64,000 nucleotides of DNA from Octopus vulgaris (taxonomy: Eukaryota). Made by a program: the position numbers and the translations under genes. The stretch spans positions 36,456,001 to 36,520,000 of the forward strand of contig OX597817.1 in the NCBI GenBank assembly GCA_951406725.2, given 5' to 3'. Positions 1 to 13,676 of this stretch are shown here, piece after piece. Each line of letters opens with the position of its first letter. The stretch's first letter is position 1. A model generated the notes under the pieces. That model was not told the DNA's origin. It made no database searches and saw only the letters and a list, made by a program, of their open reading frames with translations.

Positions 1-552
1 GTGTGTGTGTGTGTGTATGTGTGTGCACATATATATGTGTATATGTGTGAGTGTGTGTTTGAGTGTGTGTATTCCTGTATGTGTTTCTTTCGTGCGTATG
101 AGTACGTCTACGTGTAAGCTTTGTCGGTATTTTCAGTCTTATAAAATTGGGATATGTGGGGCTGTCAGGCTTGCTTAACAATACGCAATTTGCTATACAC
201 AAATATTACTTATTTGTGATATCAAAAAAATAAAGTGTATACACTTCTAAAACACCAACAGAACAAAAAATGGCCGCGTATCCTTTCTTCTCCGTCCGTG
301 ATATACTTGTGATAGGATGAAACGCGCAAAATACAAAAGGATACAAAAAGAGACCCAGCTTTGTATACATCTTACAGAACTATTTACAGTAACCTATTTT
401 GGGAAAATACACATGATTAAAGCATCGAAATCTCTCATTCTTTTCTCAGTTACTGTTGTTTATTTTCTTGTCTGTTTTTCTCTCCGTCTCTTCACATCTT
501 TGTGTCTCTATCGCCTGGCTGTCTCAGTATCCCTGTTTTCATATACATACAT

Positions 553-615
<63 letters not shown>

Positions 616-616
<1 letters not shown>

Positions 617-1918
617 TAGCAGAGATACCCGGCGTTATCCGTGTTACATACAATTGAAGAATTAGACTTTTCTGTTATATTTTCTCTAGTGAACTGGAAT
701 ATCCGTTTCGAATTTCATCAAAATTGCAGATGAGGGTTATTTCCCTCTTTACACCCCCACCCCCAATAATTGTAATCGTGCCACATATATCCCATACTAC
801 TGAGTTTTATGCGCATATTCCAAAATTCCAGTCTTATTGAACCTGTTAAAAAGATTTTGCTCCTGAAAAATGAATGTCATAGACCTCTAAAATGTGAGAG
901 GTAAGGCTCCTGTTGGGGTGGGGGGTGGGCATCTTAATGTCAACCAGAGAAGTTGAATTGTTGAGAATCTTTTTTACTTGGATCTTATATCTAGTGTTTG
1001 AATTTCTTTCAAATAGGAAATATATGTTCATTGGGTTTGTAAAAGAAAGCAAAGCTACAGGAAACCAAAAGACGAATGATCACAATAAGCAGTCAGTTAC
1101 CCTACCCTAGGCGTTACCACTCCCAATGTAGGATTCCTCAACATCCAGATGACAGGCACAGCCGTAAGATGCATTACGAATCTATAGCAATTGGAAGGGC
1201 GTGACCCAACTGAAATAAACATTAACAACTGTTTGACGTGAGGGCTAAGGAGAAATGAAAGTTGAAGTTTGCAAATGACACTATACTGATATGTAACTGG
1301 ACAGAATAAATTTACAATCTATAAATGTCTTTGAATAACCAGTCACTCATCTGGGAAGGCCTTGAAATCAATGTTACCATCTGGGGACTATGTGTGACCG
1401 AGTGATAATAAAAAGACTGAAAGGAGGTCTGCAATCAAATAACTTTACTCAACACTTTGCAACTGAATCAGTGCCTCTCACTTACTTGACAATTTATGCA
1501 TCACATTGCAGAAATCACAATGTAAGTGTATGCCAAAGCAAACTCTTACACTTTTGTACCATTGAATTACAAATAATGCCCAACTTTTATGCTCGAGTAA
1601 CCCTACAGCTTCCAAGAGCTCAACTGTATTCGTTTTTGCTTTGATAAAATGACAAAATTGTGGGTGTTAAGTCCTCATGGTGGGGTCTTTATAACTTGTA
1701 AGAAGATGAAATTTTATAAATATTACTTCATTTGTGTCTAATATCTATGGTTAAAATTTCCTCAGCAGCAAAAATATATGAATTGTCATGGGGGTTATGG
1801 CCCTTATGGATAGAATATAATTTTCAAATTTCATAACATCCATTCAGTACTTTTGACCTAGTTTTGGATAAAAAAAGAAATGACTAAAATTTGTGAGTTA
1901 AGGCTCCCATTAGGGTTT

Positions 1919-1922
<4 letters not shown>
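616..1922 (-). mobile_element. Non-autonomous Helitron-like element
   Basis: On the minus strand the 3' end reads ...acacggataacgccgggtatctctgCTAG|T, i.e. a GC-rich subterminal hairpin plus CTAG at 616-619. The likely 5' end (tataaaaccctaatgggagcc on minus) abuts the (CA)n at ~1922; that boundary is approximate. Confidence 0.6.
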
Positions 1923-1994
<72 letters not shown>

Positions 1995-3734
1995 AAATCC
2001 TAATGGAACCAAATATTCTTCAAAATCATGGTGTAACGCGTTACACACACACACACACACAGAGAAATATATGTATGTATATGTTATATATGTGTGTCTG
2101 TGTGCGTGTGTGTACGCGTGTGCACGTGTGCGTGTTCGCATGTTCGCGTATGTGTGTGTATGTGTATATGCATATATTTATGTGTGTATACATGTATGTA
2201 GAATGTTGAAACTTCTGCGCACAACAGATATGTCGCATCAAAGACGAATTTCTGTTGTATTATTCATTTCCAGTTGGTATGTGATGTAGACGTACCAGAG
2301 GTGGCCATTCCGTTTATTTATTTTTTTCTCTCACATAATACCCTCTAGTCTCCACTATCCAGTGCAAATTTAATTATTTCAAGTGAGCAGACTATAATTT
2401 AAGGGATATTAGGCTGTTATTTCTTGATCTTATCCAGGTTCCCTTTTGTTGAAGGCGTTCGCCGCTATCGCCCATTCTATCATACATCACTATAATGTTT
2501 CATGCACCTTTCCCACACTGCGAAGTGTGTGATACGAGGGGACATTTGGCTGCTATTCTTGCCGGTTGAGTAACCACATACAAGTTCTCTCGATTCGAAA
2601 CTTGGTGTGTGAAATACCTGTGGATTTTGCAATTCCATGGCCCACTTGATGTCTCCTTTTACGAATGAAAGTCCATATAACTGGGAAACACCGCTATTAG
2701 GCAAAAAGGTCATAGAAATGAACGTAGAGCGAGATGAATGAAATACGTAAAAGAAAATGTGGATCAAATATTATTTATGAGTCAGATTTTAATATTACCC
2801 TTTCTAATGCCTTTTCAATACTTTCCAGAAGTGTACGTGTGTTTGTGTATACATACATACAAACATAGTACACAAACACATGCATGCATACATACATACA
2901 TACATACATACATACATACATACATACATACATACATACATGTATATGAATGTACATGAATAAACACCTACATAAAAATATCCTTATCACTCTTCCAAAC
3001 ATTTAAATATTTATGTACATCCTTATCGCCCTACCTTTCATTTTTCATTCATTTTATTCTTCACTTTCCATCTCACACTTAGATTCTCATAAACTTTTTC
3101 CCGTTTTATTCATCTTAAAACTTCCATAATTTACATTCGAAATGTGAATTCCTCTCTCCACAGTTTATGGATCTCTATAATAGTCACTTTCTCCCCACCC
3201 CGCCATTTCTCTCCCTCTCTCTTTCATACGCTTCTTAGCATTAACTTATCTCTGTCCACCAACCTCTTTTACTATTTTTATTCTGGTGTCATCACCGTCG
3301 CATCATTTCACACAACTCCACATATTCTAGCATCAATCATTTCTTATTCGATCCAACCAGTGTAACCCAATTACATCTTCAAAGCGTTGTGAATAAAATG
3401 AAAATAGATTGAGCCAAGATAACGTCACTCCTCGTAAGATTCAATTTTCATAGTCACCATTAGAGTGTTGTTACGAATTTTAGTAATATTAGTATTAGTG
3501 GTAGTGAAATAATAACAATGCTGGTTGAACTTTAGGCAGCAACTGGCTGAATTAATAGAGCATCGGAAAAAATGCTACGTGACATTTCTTTCGGATCTTT
3601 ACGTTCCATGTTCGAATTCCGTCCAAAGTAACTTTATTTTTCATCCTTTCCGAGTCGAATCAACTACTGTGTCGATGTGATCGACTTATTCTCCTTCTCA
3701 ACAAAAGTACTGACCTTCCACCAAAATTTGCTAG

Positions 3735-4175
3735 CGGCGAGTTAGAAAAATCGTTTGCACGCTGGGTAGAATGCTTATTTTGAAGGCTGCGAGCTGGCAG
3801 AAACGTTACCGCGCCGGGCGAAATGCTTAGCAGTGTTTCGTCTGCCGTTACGTTCTGAGTTCAAATTCCGCCGAGGTCGACTTTGCCTTTCATCCTTTCG
3901 GGGTCGATTAAATAAGTACCAGTTACATACTGGTGTCAATATAATCGACTTAATCCACCTGTCTGTCCTTGTTCGTCCCCTCTGTGTTTAGCCCCTTGTG
4001 GGTAGTAAAGAAATAGGTATTTCGTCCTCGTTAAGTTCTGAGCTGAAATTCCCCTGAGGTCTACCTTACCATTCATCCTTTCGAGGTCGATAAAATAAGT
4101 ACCAGTTGATCACTGGGTCTGTGTACTTGAATTCCGCTCCCGAAATTCCCGCTGGCCTTGTGCAAAAATTTGAAG
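3735..4175 (+). mobile_element. Nested tRNA-derived SINEs, family A (younger copy 3783-4016 inside an older copy)
   Basis: Head ggcgagctggcagaaacgtt, B-box-like gagttcaaattcc and conserved core gcctttcatcctttcggggtcgat...aagtaccag. The older head at 3735-3777 resumes at 4017. A further degenerate copy lies at ~3535-3730. Confidence 0.85.
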
Positions 4176-4818
4176 TTAATATCATTTAGATTTGTTGCAT
4201 CAACTGTAGATGAACAATGACGGGCATGTTCGTTAATTTCGATGACCATGAACTTTGATGGCGATGGACGTGCATGGATGACCATCCAGTTGTTCAATTT
4301 ATTAGAGAACCTGATCATTGAAATAGCATGCAAATTGACACAGGATACTATAGGAAGTGTATCATCAATGTAATTCTTAAGAAATTCTCCGTGACACACT
4401 GTAAGACAATGCTATACATTTGAATTACAGATACAATCCATATGACGAATATATCTACAGCTGCCGTCTGCCCAGATTTCATCTCACAAATTTCGGGTTG
4501 GCCAGAATCTGTAGTAAAAGCACTTACCAACGATACAACCAATAAAGAGGAACTCAGGTTATCATGGTTGCAAAACGAGCTTCTTAGTCGTTCAACTTAG
4601 GCTGGATAACAGTACATCATTGGCAGCTTTGATTTCGGTCATGACTAGAAGAGTTAATATGGCATATCAAGCATATTGTTGTTGCTGGTGTTGAAGCTTG
4701 ATCAAACAGATCTATGATCGTTCCTGTTGCGTCCATCACATAAGTTGTTCGCACACTCAACCTTCCTTCTTCGACATAAGCATCTCATTAACTACGTAAT
4801 GAAAGTGGCTCCGGTAGA

Positions 4819-4870
<52 letters not shown>

Positions 4871-5229
4871 GCCGCTGCTGCTGCTACTGTGGCTGCAGCC
4901 GCTGCTGTCTTTTTCTTCTTCTTCTTCTTCTTCTTCTTCTTCTTCTTCTTCTTCCAATCAGGACTCACGCTATTCGCCACAAAGAATAATCTCGAATTAG
5001 AACCTACTCTAAACTACAAAGAATGCGTGTGGAAACTTGAAGATCCACCCACTACACGCGATAGACTGGTGGTTGCACGGGCGCCAAAGCTATGTTGTTA
5101 TCCTCATTCCGTAAACGGTGTGTTTGAACGGGTGGAGAGCTGAACCGTCCTGGGGTACAGAGGATTCGCAATCTAGACTAAAGTCTGAAAGTGTACTACA
5201 CCATAGTGGGTTACACCATGGTTCCTCTG

Positions 5230-5382
5230 CTTTGTGGCAGAAGTAGGAAGAAAGAGTGAGAGAAAGTTGTGGTGAAAGAGTACAGCGGGGTTCAAACCGC
5301 CCCCACCCCGCCGGAGCCTCGTGGAGCTTAGGTGTTTTTGCTCAATAAACACTCACAATGCCCGGTCTGGGAAGCGAAACCG
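5230..5382 (-). mobile_element. Partial SINE, family C
   Basis: Reverse complement matches the 35649-36033 element (gtgagtgtttattgagc..aaacacctaagctccacgag). Confidence 0.75.
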
Positions 5383-5874
5383 CTGCTGCCGTTGCCCCTG
5401 CTGCTGATGCCCCTGCTGCCGCTGCTGCTGTTGCTGCCGCCGTTGGTGATATCACTACTATTTTTAAAAGTAGGCGCAAGATGGCATTAGTAATTGATTT
5501 TGTTGAACTTATAACTATTACGTGATTTCATGACAACCACAGAAACATCCAAGTACACATGCATACACACACATATATACACACATTTCTTTTTCTGTTT
5601 CTCCCACTCTTCCACTGTTTGTATCCACCTTCCTTTAATTTTTTTCCCTTGATTTCTCTTGTTCTATTGACCTGACTTGTAACTTGTGGAGGACATGTGC
5701 TCGGAGACCTGAGATTGCTTGAAGACACCAGGCCTCTTATTTAAACATACCTAGACAACATCTCCAACTTATACAACTATCAGTAGCTCATAACTATATA
5801 CTGTGTACCTTAAGCAATTTTTATCTCTCAGCCGATAGAGTACTTTTTTGTTGATCTTATCTTAACGGAAAAGT

Positions 5875-5917
<43 letters not shown>

Positions 5918-7389
5918 CGCACATACAAATACACACACATATTAAGAGTATTTTTTGTTAGCACCCCTAACTAGCGGATGCGGGATGCTCATGCAGAGAC
6001 CACAGTATATGCCCAGTGGGAAACCAATGCGAAACCAAAGGGGTTTCTTTACGAAGCTGAGGTGATATCTGACCCCGATAGCAACAACAACTTTCTCAGC
6101 TACTTCAGAAGCAGGAATAGCAGTATTACAGACAACGGTTGCAGCTCTAACAGAAATAGCAGCATCATTGCTAATTATATTGCTAATAATGATAACAATA
6201 ATTACAGCGACATCAGCATCAGCTATCGCCAATATAGCGCCGATAACAGTTCCAACAGCAACGACGACGGATATAGAAACATCAACACTGCCACCGATAA
6301 TGTCCCCTATGCCAGCATTAACGACTCCAGCACCAGCACTGGCGGACGAAGCAGTGTCAACATCATCAGAAACAGCAGCGCTAGCAGCTATATACGAAGA
6401 TACACCTGATGTTCCGTAAACACCTTCAAGCAGCGCCTCTTCTCCCACAGGTCCTATTCTGGATCCCGGTGAGACGATACGTCATGTCCTTGGCCTGTCA
6501 CGTGTGGCGCCTGAAGGACGAAGGGACTCCACACGTAATCTCATTGAAGATCCTCTAAGAACCGGGCCCCTACATCAACAGGAGCAAGCGTTGCAATCTG
6601 TGTATAGCTGAACGGGCGAGAATACTTAAGAAATCCCTTCGGATTCTGCTTATACTTCAGGAGATTCCTACGTAATTATTGGAAGCAACAAGCCGACCAC
6701 GTCGACTACGGAGAGCGGTCTAAGATATACAATCCCTTGCGCTTAACCCTTTCTCCGAGCGGCCATCGAGTAGCTATGAGGTCTTTTCTCCCTCCACATT
6801 GAATAGAGGTTGGAGGTCACCGGTCATTAGAGTTTGAAGAAACGTCGTAAAGCTAAGCTCTTTATGGACGTGAAACCCAGGGTAACCCCATAGACCGGCC
6901 ATAGCCAGTGACGGCATAAAACGGCCATGAAAAGTATACCTCAACAAATTCCGTCTGTTCCATGTGCATATGGCTAAGTGGTCATTTAAATGTTAAACCG
7001 AACCTCTTGAATGTTAATCTTTCTAAATATGTTGGGGTCAAATGACATTTTAACGTCTTTACTAAATTACTTCAGTGTAACTGGAAAGCCTTCCCTGCCA
7101 CAGACGATAATTTCGAGTTGTTTCTAATCGTAATCTTGAAAACTAAGACATTTCAATCTTGTCGTGCGCTGATTCAAATGATGGAGGAGTTTCAATTGTC
7201 AATTTAAGAATGACAGGCGTAGTCAAATTATGTTATCACATGCATTAGTGAACAATAGCCCCATTAAAGATATAAACCCGCAGAGAGGACCAACACACCA
7301 AACATTTTCTTTAGTGTATCTGACTTTTTGTTCTATCACATGAAACTATATCTGCGCGTATTTTACCAACACTACAACGGCAACATATA

Positions 7390-7552
7390 CTCTTTTACTC
7401 TTTTACCTGTTTCAGTCATTTGACCCCAGGACTTATTCTTTGTAAGCCTAGTACTTATTCTATCGGTCGCTTTTGCCAAACCGCTAAGTTATGGGGACGT
7501 ATCGGCATCGGTTGTCAAGCGATGTTAGAAGGACAAACACAGACACACAAAC

Positions 7553-7604
<52 letters not shown>

Positions 7605-7774
7605 ATGTATACGACGGGCTTCTTTCAGTTTCCGTCTACCAAATCCACTCACATGGCTTTGGTCGGCCCGAGGCTGTAGTAGAAGACACTTGCCCAAGGT
7701 GCCACGCAGTGAGACTGAACCCGGAACCATGTGGTTCGTAAGCAAGCTACTTACCTCACAGCCACTCCTACGCC
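7390..7774 (-). mobile_element. tRNA-derived SINE, family B, with internal (TA)n
   Basis: Reverse complement: ggcgtaggagtggctgtgaggtaag...ccgggttcagtctcactgcgtggcaccttgggcaagtgtcttctac. Homologous to the copies at 11570 and 26533. Confidence 0.9.
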
Positions 7775-8440
7775 TATGCTTCTAAAATTGTAAGATCTTC
7801 CTGCCAATGCTTTATTCAGTTTATTTAATGACTTATTTGAGTTAACTAGCGGCATGGACTCGATCCAGTTTGATGATGCATTCTTACAGCTTGTGTGTAC
7901 ATATTTTTCTTGCTGCCTTCGATTTGCACTCGTTTTAAGAGGAACATCAATCGCGTCAATTACAACGATGGCACTGAATGAAACCAAATCACGTGCACAG
8001 CTCGTAAAAATAAGAAACAATGTGATCATATTGTCATTTTACCGACGCAATGTATCCAACAATAACGTTATCCAATTTGTCCTTCATTTTTAATAGAGTA
8101 CAGTACGAGTTGAATAAGAACTGGATATTACTTCTGCCAGGTTATTAGTTCCTCTTGTCTTTGTTGATGCCATTTTCGATCTTTAGAAGACAAATGATTA
8201 TTCTTTTTTTTTTCTGTACGTACAACTTAATCAAACATACATTCTTCTTCTTTTCTTCTTTTGACTTCTTCTGTTTTTTTTTGCTCGTTTTAATCTGCTG
8301 CGGCACCGCTTTCACAAATTTAGTCGAAGGTATTCATTCTATCGTTCGCTTTAGTAGAACGGTTAAGTTATGGTGACGTAAGCAAACCAACGCCGGTGGT
8401 GATGAGGTGAAAAACACATGCACACGCAGATATATGTGCA

Positions 8441-9057
8441 CTCCTTCTTCTTCTTCTTCTTCTTCTTCTTCTTCTTCTTCTTCTTCTTCTTCTTCTTCCC
8501 CTTCTTCTTCTTCCTCCTCTCCTCCTCCTCCTCTCCTTCTCCTCCTCTTCTCCCTCCTCCTCGTCCTCCCCTTCTTCTTCTTCTTCTTCTTCTTCTTCTT
8601 CCTCCTCCTCCTCCTCCTCTACTTCTCCTCCTCTTCTCCCTCCTCCTCGTCCTCCCCTTCTTCTTCTTCTTCTTCTTCCTCCTCCTTCTCCTCCTCTTCT
8701 CCCACCTCCTCTTCTCCCTCGTCCTCGTCCTCCCCTTCTTCTTCTTCTTCCTCCTCTCCTCCTCCCCCTCTCCTTCTCCTCCTCTTCTCCCACCTCCTCT
8801 TCTCCCTCGTCCTCGTCCTCCCCTTCTTCTTCTTCTTCTTCTTCCTCTCCTCCTCCTCCTCTCCTCCCACCTCCTCTTCTCCCTCCTCCTCGTCCTCCCC
8901 TTCTTCTTCTTCTTCTTCTTCTTCTTCTTCTTCTACCTCCTCCTCCTCCTCCTCCTCGCCTTCTCCTCCTCTTCTCCCACCTCCTTCCCTCCTCATCGTC
9001 CTCCCCTTCTTCTTCTTCTTCTTCTTCTTCTTCTTCTTCTTCTTCTTCTTCTTCTTC
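8441..9057. repeat. Polypyrimidine/polypurine compound repeat (TTC/CTC) with higher-order units
   Basis: About 620 bp almost purely C/T on the plus strand, with the recurrent unit ctccttctcctcctcttctcc(cacctcctcttctcc)ctcgtcctccccttcttc. Confidence 0.95.
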
Positions 9058-10031
9058 AAATACTAGTTGGAAAGGGTAAAAAAAAACGTGATTGCTCTTT
9101 ATCACATGTTCAGTAACCAATTAGAGAGGGATGTGCAGCTGGTGATATTGGATGTTTATTTTCTGTTTTTTTTTTCGAGTGAGTGTGTATGTATATATTA
9201 ATGTGAGTGTGTGTGTATGTGTGTGTCTGTGTGTGCAGCGGAGTGTGTTTGACAATTGTCACTGATAGATAACCCCACTTTAATATGATCAGATGTGTTC
9301 CAGTCGTGACAATCCTGCTTTTATTGAAACAGTATATATCTAAGACAGCCTAAACCGATACGTCCTTCATCTCTTCATAGACAGCTGGGTGTGATTTGGT
9401 GGAGATTTGACTTCTATTTATAGCAAGCCGGGCGTCCACATAGAATCTGCATTGTTAGGCTATGGCGGTGTCGGTGGCGGATGCTGCAGCAGCGACAGCT
9501 GAAACATCGGTAATAATATTACTGGCAACAACCAGCATTTAGTTATATGGCAATCAAAGAAGACGATGATGGTGTCTGCTTTTAAAGCTGAATGAATCTC
9601 AATCTTTACAGCGTTATAAAAGCGGATTATATTCTACTTACTAGTAAAATCAAAACGTCTATCAGTGTTATGCATGACGTCACCGCTGTCATCGTCGTCG
9701 TCGTCATCGTCACCATCATCTTCGTCATCGTAGCCGTGGACAATGTCGTTGCCAGCGTTGCTGTCACTGACTTCATTTATATTCTCTGGTATGTTTGTTT
9801 GTTTGTTTGTTTTTGTTCTTGGTTGAGCTAAATAATACGTTTTTGAAAGGTCTCTGATTTGCTATGATTAAATCAGATTCTTGATCCTGCCCCAAGAGGA
9901 TAATCTCGAAGCAGTTTCCTTAGTAAGTAACTTTCTGTCAATGTAATCTTTTTATACATTTATATCGATCTCTACAGTTCTAGCGGCTCTTCTCTTTCGA
10001 ATTGCTTGAAAGCATACGGACACATGAATGC

Positions 10032-10700
10032 GTGTATGTATGTATGTATGTATGTATGTATGTATGTATGTATGTATGTATGTATGTATGTATGTATGTA
10101 TGTATGTATGTGTGTGTGTGTATGTGTGTATGTGTATGTATGTATGTGTGTGTGTATGTGTGTGTGTATGTATGTTTGTATGTATGTATGTGTATGTATG
10201 TGTGTGTGTATGTATGTATGTGTGTATGTATGTATGTATGTGTGTATGTATGTGTGTGTGTGTGCGTACGTACGTATGTATGTTAGCATGTCCACGCACA
10301 TTTGCGTACGTGTATGTATGTAAGCATGCATGTATACATATATGTATGTACGTATTATGTTTGTATGTATGTATGTGTTCTTGTGTGTATATGCTCGTAT
10401 GTATGTTACCATATCCACACATATATGCGTGTATGTATGTATATATGTGTGTATGTGTGTACTTGTGTGTGTATGAACGTATTATGTTAGCATGTCCATG
10501 CACATATGCGTGTGTATGTATAATGATATTCTCATATGTACATACACTCATACTCGCGTACACATTTATGTACGTCCTTGTGTATATGTATGTCTATGCA
10601 ATTATGTATGTATGTGCGCATATGCGTATAGACACACATACACGTATAAACACACACTCGCATACACACACACATGCACGTACACACTCACACATATATA
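10032..10700. repeat. (TATG)n/(TG)n compound microsatellite
   Basis: Direct inspection. It explains the MYVC/HTYI ORFs. Confidence 0.95.
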
Positions 10701-11216
10701 GCTCAGATTTTGTTGCGATTTCCATCTCAAGTAAATTTTATCGGTCACATTCACAAGTCATTTTCACTCGCATCGAGAACTAATCTAATTTATTAAATGT
10801 GTTAATCTCAGCCGTCCATTACGCCTTTTCACATTATAACACGTGACATAAACGACATTTTGTACTTGAGGAGAGCCAGTTCAGCAACTGCCTCTGGTAA
10901 CTCGAAATCATGATAAATGTACGGGATTGCTTCGCAATATTTGAAGATTTGAATAAAATTGTATCGCAAATGAATTCCGCACAGATTTTGTTGCGTCAGG
11001 GCATAAGAGAATATCTCCATGTATGAAGTAACATTTTACCCTCTTCGTTTCAACTGTAGTCAGTCAACCACTCATCTTTGTGAACTGCTTTTCAACTATA
11101 TTCATCGCATTTACGTTTCTTCTCATTGTACCTGGAATTGATGTAGATGCTTCTGATGAGAATCCAACAAGATTTGAAAACCAATTGGGTTTGCACACAC
11201 ATGTGTACACATGCAC

Positions 11217-11255
<39 letters not shown>

Positions 11256-11412
11256 ATTCATAAATAAGAGCAAACGAAAAAATTTCTAATGCCAAATATG
11301 CCGAAAAATTGGACATATAAATTTAACCTTTAAAGGTATTTTTTAATATGCTGGCCATTGATAAAATTGTTTTCGAAAATAATTTTGTTTCGAAAAAATT
11401 TTATCCTACATT

Positions 11413-11479
<67 letters not shown>

Positions 11480-11569
11480 TGTGTTAAGTATTCAACCCTG
11501 CATTTGTGAATAAATATTCTTTATTTGTAGGTTAACCAGCCATACAATGTTGGTGAAAACCGTTTTATA

Positions 11570-11973
11570 GGCGCAGGAGTAGCTGTGGTAAGTAGCTTGC
11601 TTACAACCACATGATTCTGGGTTCAGTCCCAATACGTGGCACCTTGGGCAAATGTTTCTACTATAGCCTCGAGCCGACCAAAGCCTTGTGAGTTGATTTG
11701 GTAGACAGAAACTGAAAGAAGCCCGTCGTATATATATATATATATATATATATATGTTTGTGTGTCTGTGTTTGTCCCCACCCCAACATCGCTTGATAAC
11801 CGATGCTGGTGTGTTTACGTCCCCGTAACTTAGCGGCTCGGCAAGAGAAATCGATAGAATGAGTACTAGTCTTACAAATAATAAGTCCTGGGGTCGATTT
11901 GCTCGACCAAAGGCGGTGCTCCTGCATGGCCTCAGTCAAATGACTGAAACAAATAAAGGAATAAAAGAAAGAA
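11570..11973 (+). mobile_element. tRNA-derived SINE, family B, near full length
   Basis: ggcgcaggagtagctgtggtaag head, gggttcagtccc B-box-like motif, accttgggcaa core, internal (TA)n and A-rich tail. Confidence 0.9.
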
Positions 11974-13076
11974 TACCTCAATTAGACTTAGCTTTAGGTT
12001 GTCTGTTCTTTTAGTTTCCACTCAGTTCCTTTCTTCACATTTTCCCCTGCAGGAATGCCTCTTACGGAGATCTCCCGGAGCATGATATCTTCATTGTTCA
12101 ACTTTATACCTAGTCTCACTACATGATGTCGCTCGTCTTTCCTTCTGCTATACGTACTGTCTTTATAGATTTGGTTTATTTCGTATGTTATTTTCTTTAC
12201 ATTTCCTGACAAACTTATTTACATGCTTCACGCACTTGAAAAAGATATTATAATTTCGGTTAGTTTACAATCTTGAACAAATCTTTGACGCAACCCAAGC
12301 TTCAATAATGATTCATGGCTAAATATAGAAAACATCATCGCTAGATTGTCGCAGGAAAAAAAATCATCGTTCTGAGAGTATTCATTTTTATAGCATTAAT
12401 GTCATAACAATTTTATTGAAATATCTGCCTGTGATTTCCCTTTTCCACACCTCTGCAATGTCTCTCGGTATATTATTATATATTTTCATTTGAGTGGCAT
12501 ATATTGTTGCAGAAGCGTCACAACTCCAGACAAAAGTGAATTTCAAATGCACACTAGAATGAATGGTATGATTATGATCACTTCAAGATCGATAAAATAC
12601 GCACCAATATAATGTACTGGAATCGTTTGAATCGATTGTAATATTTTCCTGATAAAATTACCTTTCCAGTATAAAGAAATGTTTTTGTTCTTTTCTTAGT
12701 GTGATTACATTATCAAAAACGAACCAAAAGAATTAGTTTTAAAATAATTTGTCAATCATATGTTGAATATAACCAGACACCGTAGTAGAAAGATTTGGGA
12801 GAAGTAAAATGTATTCTCTTATCACAGAAGTAGTTCGAAGAATGGACCTAGAGAAAACAACATGTTATAAGGTCGTACAAATTCAAAGAAAACAGATACA
12901 AAGGACAGAGAGAGTGACCACTAGATGTAATTGCCGTGATCGCTCATTTTATTATTATTATAAATGCTTTTTAATTTTTTTCATCTGTTTAAAAAATATT
13001 GCACACAAAAAATATTTTATAAATTTAGAAAATGTGCAAATTTTAGAGAAATCCTTGAATCCCCATCACCTTCCCA

Positions 13077-13144
<68 letters not shown>

Positions 13145-13350
13145 AATATTAGGAATAAATCCAAACTTACAGGGAAAAATCAGATTTAGGATTGAATCCA
13201 ATTTTATAGTAAAATATTATATTATATTAAATTAGAGATAAAACCACTATTAGGCAAATCATACAATGAAAAACTTAAACCAGTAATAAGATTATTTAAT
13301 TTATATTATTTAAATATATAACAAAATTATTAAAAAAATATAATTAATAT

Positions 13351-13419
13351 AACACTACGATCGTTTCATGGCTGTTAATTTCTTTAAATTTTCGAGTTAC
13401 AGTCATTCATCAGGTGGTT
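13351..13419 (-). ncRNA. Minimal type I hammerhead ribozyme (mirror copy)
   Basis: Exact reverse complement of 13479-13547. Confidence 0.8.
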
Positions 13420-13478
13420 TAAATATTTAACTTGGCGAGGTTTAATCAATGATTAAACCTCGCCAAGTTAAATATTTA

Positions 13479-13547
13479 AACCACCTGATGAATGACTGTA
13501 ACTCGAAAATTTAAAGAAATTAACAGCCATGAAACGATCGTAGTGTT
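13479..13547 (+). ncRNA. Minimal type I hammerhead ribozyme
   Basis: cac-CTGATGA (13485-13491); stem II atgactgt/acagccat; GAAA (13531-13534); palindromic stem III cgatcg; GUA triplet ending 13542; gtg pairs with cac. Confidence 0.8.
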
Positions 13548-13676
13548 ATATTAATTATATTTTTTTAATAATTTTGTTATATATTTAAATAATATAAATT
13601 AAATAATCTTATGTATTGGCTTAAGTTTTTCATTGTATGATTTGCCTAATAGTGGTTTTATCTAATTTAATATAAT

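Noticed and set aside
4430-4545. HLTNFGLARI resembling a kinase DFG motif
   Set aside because: The frame is short, ends in a stop and has no other kinase motifs; likely chance.
11994-12700. Coding-like minus-strand stretch
   Set aside because: Short interrupted frames with no recognisable domain.
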